From NCBI GenBank assembly GCA_043228905.1, contig JBHGNT010000925.1:1-13817 (forward strand): DNA of 13,817 nt, written 5' to 3'. The DNA is from Azolla caroliniana (Eukaryota; Plantae; Polypodiophyta). This document shows, piece by piece, positions 9,807-13,817 of this stretch. How positions within the stretch are numbered: position 1 is the first letter of the stretch; each line of letters begins with the position of its first letter. A program made the translations under genes and the position numbers. The notes beneath the pieces are model-generated. The model was not told the DNA's origin. It saw only the letters and a program-made list of their open reading frames with translations, and did not search any database.

Positions 9807-10649
9807 CTGGTTTTGTTTCATCACACCAAGTTCCATATTTAAGTAAAGTATCATGTTTTACATACATATATGTGTATGTACTAAACGACAACTCAACAAT
9901 CATTCATTGGATTCTAACGATTTCATTAATTTTCCAAGATCCTTGGATTTTTGGTACCACTTCTATCTATTAAATGGATTATATATTACTTTAACTTGGA
10001 ATGAATATGACTTATAAAATCGATTCAATCCGTTTAAACCGTCCGATTTGGATTAGTGAATCGAATTCACGGAGAGACGGATTAATCCCTTAAATAGCAT
10101 CGATTCATGAAAGCATCTGAGGATTATTTCCCTTAAGAACGAATCGGAATAGGCACGAAGATTTTAAATAAAAGAAAAAGAAAAAGACCCAAAAACGAAG
10201 TCAACATAAGAAAATAAAAAATAAAATCATATCAATCCAAGATTAGATTAGATTTACTGACATATGCGTTTCATTTTCTTCTTGAGCTCTTCCATATGGC
10301 CACAGTTGGTGATATTGAAGTACCAATCGGTATAAGTGGTTTGGTCGATTTGATTGGGAGGGGTGGCGCGACCCATGGCGAGGATGGCCGCCCGGGGTTT
10401 CGTGTCCGAGGAGCCAAAGCCATGATCGGCGGCGGTAATAGAAGAGGAATTATTAATACCACCGATATCTTGGGTGAGGCGCGGGGACGGGGGCTCCACC
10501 CACTGCAAGGTGTCGGGGGCCGAGGCGGCCGTAGGCCTCGGGGAAGGCAGCTCGATCCACGTGGCACACGTGCCATTTCCGGAAGGCGCCAGCTCCTCCT
10601 GCACCCACTCGCGCCGGCCTTGCGCCGCAAGATCGATTTCTAGAAACAT
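8797..10649 (-). CDS. Type III polyketide synthase (chalcone synthase superfamily, ASCL-related but divergent), two exons join(10649..10262, 9806..8797), 465 aa
   Basis: The spliced frame is 388+1010=1398 nt with no internal stop. Triad: Cys234 (LGCYAG, 9495-9493), His380 (WAVHSGG, 9057-9055), Asn413 (YGNIS, 8958-8956). Also [20 protein letters not shown] and AFGPG. The intron splits the Cys codon at the position conserved in plant CHS-family genes. Confidence 0.95.
9807..10261 (-). other. Spliceosomal GT-AG intron, 455 nt, phase 1
   Basis: Donor T|GTCAGT at 10261, acceptor CCAG| at 9807, AT-rich interior; splicing yields T+GC = Cys130. Confidence 0.9.
10262..10649 (-). CDS. Type III PKS exon 1, including a ~70-aa N-terminal extension
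   Basis: [13 protein letters not shown]...[24 protein letters not shown] matches the CHS-family N-terminus. ATG 10649 has A at -3 and is the first ATG after the TATA-like tract; the next in-frame Met (M92) is already inside the conserved domain. Confidence 0.88.
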
Positions 10650-10692
10650 CCTGGCGGCCTTCGATCTTTTCGATTGATTTGATGTAATGAAT

Positions 10693-10704
10693 GGGGGGGG
10701 GGGG
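10693..10704. repeat. G12/C12 homopolymer in the predicted 5' UTR
   Basis: Twelve consecutive G on the plus strand, 44-55 nt upstream of the ATG. Confidence 0.85.
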
Positions 10705-10821
10705 ATTTTTTTGGATGGAATCTGGAATTCTTAATGGTAATCACCAAATTAGAGAAGTGGTTTGTTTGATCTAAACACCCGAGAGAAGTGATGGAGATGC
10801 AGGTGCAAGAGCAGACTAGAA

Positions 10822-10857
10822 TATCTATCTATCTATATATATATATATATATAAAAG
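10822..10857 (-). promoter_or_regulatory. Probable TATA region of the PKS gene, embedded in a (TA)10(GATA)3 microsatellite
   Basis: Minus strand CTTTTATATATA...GATAGATAGATA about 175-205 nt upstream of the ATG, preceded by a CT-rich patch and followed by pyrimidine-rich initiator-like sequence. Confidence 0.6.
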
Positions 10858-11153
10858 AAGAGGGGGAAGTGAAGAGAGGACTGACTAGTCATGAGGTTTA
10901 ACTAGACTCGTCCTCATCTTCGGAGGGGACCTGTCAACCCTCCGTCATCTCTAACGGAGGCCTTAACGGTTCTCGCCATCCTCGTGGCATGGACCCTCCC
11001 GGGAGAAAAGAAAAAGACATGGGCCATTTCCAAAAGCAAATACGCAACTCACCTCAAGGCTCACATACATAGCCTATAGGATATGCAATTGGAACCCCCG
11101 ACCCACACCCCTCACACTCTAACACCATGTGCTCGAAATCGAACGTTCTGAAC

Positions 11154-11385
11154 TTGATCAAAGGTTAGATGGATAAGAAAGAATCATTCTTTTGTTGTTG
11201 TATCTTGGACATGATGAATGGTGAGAGACGCGCATCGACCATTGGACCTTTTACATTTGATCAAAGGTTATATACACTAGAAATCATTCTTTTGTTGTCG
11301 CATCTTGGACATGATGAATGGTGAGAAGCGCATTCATCATCAAATCTTGGATGCTATCAAAGGCTAGATAGAAGAAGCATCTTGC
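11154..11385. repeat. Diverged ~100-bp tandem repeat, two copies plus a partial third
   Basis: TTGATCAAAGGTTA at 11154 and 11257; AATCATTCTTTTGTTGT..ATCTTGGACATGATGAATGGTGAGA at 11182 and 11282; ATCAAAGGCTAGAT at 11356. Confidence 0.9.
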
Positions 11386-13424
11386 AAGCCTTTAGCTCAT
11401 TTGGTTTGATCAAATGCTTGACATGTATTTTCGTTGTTGGTTCTTTGGGGTTTCAGCAAGAGGATTTGACACTTTCTGGCCTATCAGGTCATTAGCATTG
11501 AGCTCAAGTCGATATTCTCATCATGTGAAATTTTAGGTATTACATCGAGACTTGTTGTCTCTATTCCTCTCTTTATATTTCTATATGTGGATGTCGTCAT
11601 CGTGGTTTACACTGTATATTGATGTTTCCTCTCTTTATGGGTGTTGTCTTCACGGTTTATGTTGTTGCACCAAATGCCATAAAGCATATGAATGGTGTTT
11701 GATCTTGGGAATATGTGGGCTTAGATTCTTCCCCATAGAGTCATATTCAATCACATGTGGAAATTATAGAGCTCTCTATATTTCTATCTCCCATCTATCA
11801 TTAGCAAATTTACCATGCTACCTCATCTGCAATTCGTATTCACTCCATAATGAAAGTGGATATGCCATGTTTCATGGATCCACAATCTCATATGCCCATC
11901 AAACATCGTTGAAGGTCCACAGTGAGAGTACAACATACCATTATCATCCATTATGTGAGTAAATATGCCACTTTCCACGAATGAGTAACCATGTGCAAAT
12001 TACAACATAACTTCATTGTGATGGTCAGTACACATGGCCAATTGTTGAACCATAAATCTCATGTGATTGTATACTACACATTGCGATAGTACACAGGCTA
12101 CTTTGCATGGATCAATGATTGGCCATGTTTAAACTATATCATAACTTTATGTTAAGTACTTGCTATCTACTTATGTCTCTACTCTCCAAGGCATTCACGC
12201 CCAAGCAACAAGCTAGCATAATGAAAAAGTGACAAGAAAGAAAGCAACCAAAAGAAATAGGACCCAATGACAACTTAGTAAGGGCCACCAATGACAATAT
12301 AGTCACTTATAATTCTTTTGTAGTTTTTATTTTTTGTAGAGAAGCATGATCTTAAGTGTGCAATACCCGCTCTCTCTCTCACACACACATATACATTTGG
12401 TGAATGTATGTTTGAATATGATTAACACCACTACAAAACAGGGTGTTCATGATGCAAAAACACATTGGTAATTACATCACTTTCATATTGTCATTGTGCG
12501 ATGCAATTAGTGACATGGTCCTAGAGAATTGCACAATGATGCAACCTCGTCGCATACTCATGTTATTTACATGTCCCACAATAACCTGACAAAAAAAAGG
12601 TTAACTTATTTATTTAATGAAACTTTTAAATTTTACTTTATTTGCATGTGTGTATGTTTGTTGGTTGTGCAATTGCAACAATAATATGTGTGTATATGCA
12701 CAATTTTGGGTCTTGTACAGTTGAGCTCATCTTCATTTGATCAGTTTATGTACGTTTATGTTTGTTGATAATAGTGGTGGTGGCGATGCTTGAGAACATT
12801 GGAAGTATTGGAAGATACTTTTAATGGTGACAAAGGGAGCATATATGTTCTTCAATGGAAATGCTTTCAATCACTTTTACATTGGTCCTAATTGTGTTGA
12901 TCTTTGCTAACTATGTCATATAGACCTTGTGTGTTGCCAAACAATCCAACTTGTATATACATACACAAAACGAATGAATCATGATTTATGAAAATTACCA
13001 AATGGTCACAAAAAATGTTCTTTATGTAAGATTTCACATCCTTAAAGCAATGTATTTAGAAATACATACTTGGATGCATAAATTGTTATTTTGCTTCAAG
13101 TTGAAGATCTTCCCATTGCCTAATAGACCTTCCATACTAAATATTCAATCTATAGAAATAGAAGACATCATCCCAAGAATGCATGGCATAGTCCAACATT
13201 GTTGTTAAAGTTCACACTCTCATTTTTGAACTGAGGAGTATATTGTTGGTGCTAACATCGACACACATATGGAGAAGTGCAATTGAAGAGAGCAATATGC
13301 CCTGATCAGTAAAGGAATCACATGACCACTAATGAACCTACTCATACATATGGTCAAGTTCATATTGAGCTTTGTTGTTTGCAAAGCAAATAACAAGGCC
13401 ACCTAAAAGGTCTATAGTTTTATT

Positions 13425-13512
13425 AACTCTCATACATGTGGTGACTTCCATATGGAGCTTTGCTACCAACTCTCATACATGTGGTGACTTCCATATGGAG
13501 CTTTGCTACCAA
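13425..13512. repeat. Perfect 43-bp tandem duplication
   Basis: AACTCTCATACATGTGGTGACTTCCATATGGAGCTTTGCTACC at 13425-13467 and 13468-13510, followed by AA. Confidence 0.95.
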
Positions 13513-13817
13513 TGACATGTGTATATAACTAAATAAGGAAAAGCAAAGTATATAAAAAGCTACACTTCAAGGATCTACTCTTTTTATTAATGCAAATGCA
13601 CAGACACAATTTTATTACCTTAATTATTGATTGAACAAGTGAAGCTTTCTTTGCATTATCTTGGAACTTGTTAATAAATGCCTGAAATATATAAAGCATG
13701 TGTATGAATCTTAATTTCCATATAAACTATGACATATTCCAAGCCAATGAATAGTAATTTGCTTCAATGTATACCTACATACGCGTTGTTGTCCTCTCAT
13801 TTGCTTTAGTGGCCCTT

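Noticed and set aside
9807-9903. N-terminal [10 protein letters not shown]...ETKPG of the 368-aa ORF
   Set aside because: It lies in the AT-rich intron; the real N-terminus is supplied by exon 1.
10473-10610. Trp-containing repeats as a fused RiPP precursor
   Set aside because: No signal peptide, no BURP domain or protease-site pattern, and no match to core peptides I know.
8797-10649. Assigning the symbol CHS or LAP5/LAP6
   Set aside because: Diagnostic segments match neither ([11 protein letters not shown] versus CHS CTTSGVDMPG and ASCL VSSSE.RLPG).
8965-10677. Many overlapping and antisense ORFs across the PKS exons
   Set aside because: Expected stop-codon scarcity in GC-rich coding DNA; no recognisable motifs.
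11552-12100. 136-aa Cys/His-rich ORF, and a minus-strand HIMDDNGMLYSHCGP peptide faintly like MULE-related N-termini
   Set aside because: Non-ATG start, AT-rich composition and only one weak motif; not enough to claim the PKS sits inside a MULE.
12780-13402. ORFs 12981-13208 and 13220-13402 as genes or transposase remnants
   Set aside because: Short, no motifs and no convincing splice structure.
11154-13512. Tandem repeats as CRISPR arrays
   Set aside because: Eukaryotic context, no unique spacers and no cas genes.

Overview
AT-rich land-plant genomic DNA. The left third is a stack of decayed LTR retrotransposons. A Ty1/copia 5' half (LTR, tRNA-iMet PBS, gag-PR-IN with five in-frame stops and no frameshift; minus strand, 1-2666) is inserted into the gag of an older, probably Ty3/gypsy element that has a tRNA-Trp PBS and a ~1.1-kb LTR (2667-4366). 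These are followed by a 271-bp LTR-like segment and a plus-strand pol-like fragment. A faint Mutator-like transposase relic may lie at ~7.0-8.1 kb. The only intact host gene is a GC-rich, two-exon type III polyketide synthase (chalcone synthase superfamily) on the minus strand, join(10649..10262, 9806..8797), 465 aa. It keeps the Cys-His-Asn triad but fits neither CHS nor ASCL/LAP5-6 cleanly. It has an unusual active-site residue set, a Pro/Gly loop insertion and a ~70-aa N-terminal extension with a repeated W-[IV]-E-x-P-S-P-R motif. All family assignments come from motif recognition by eye; no searches were run.
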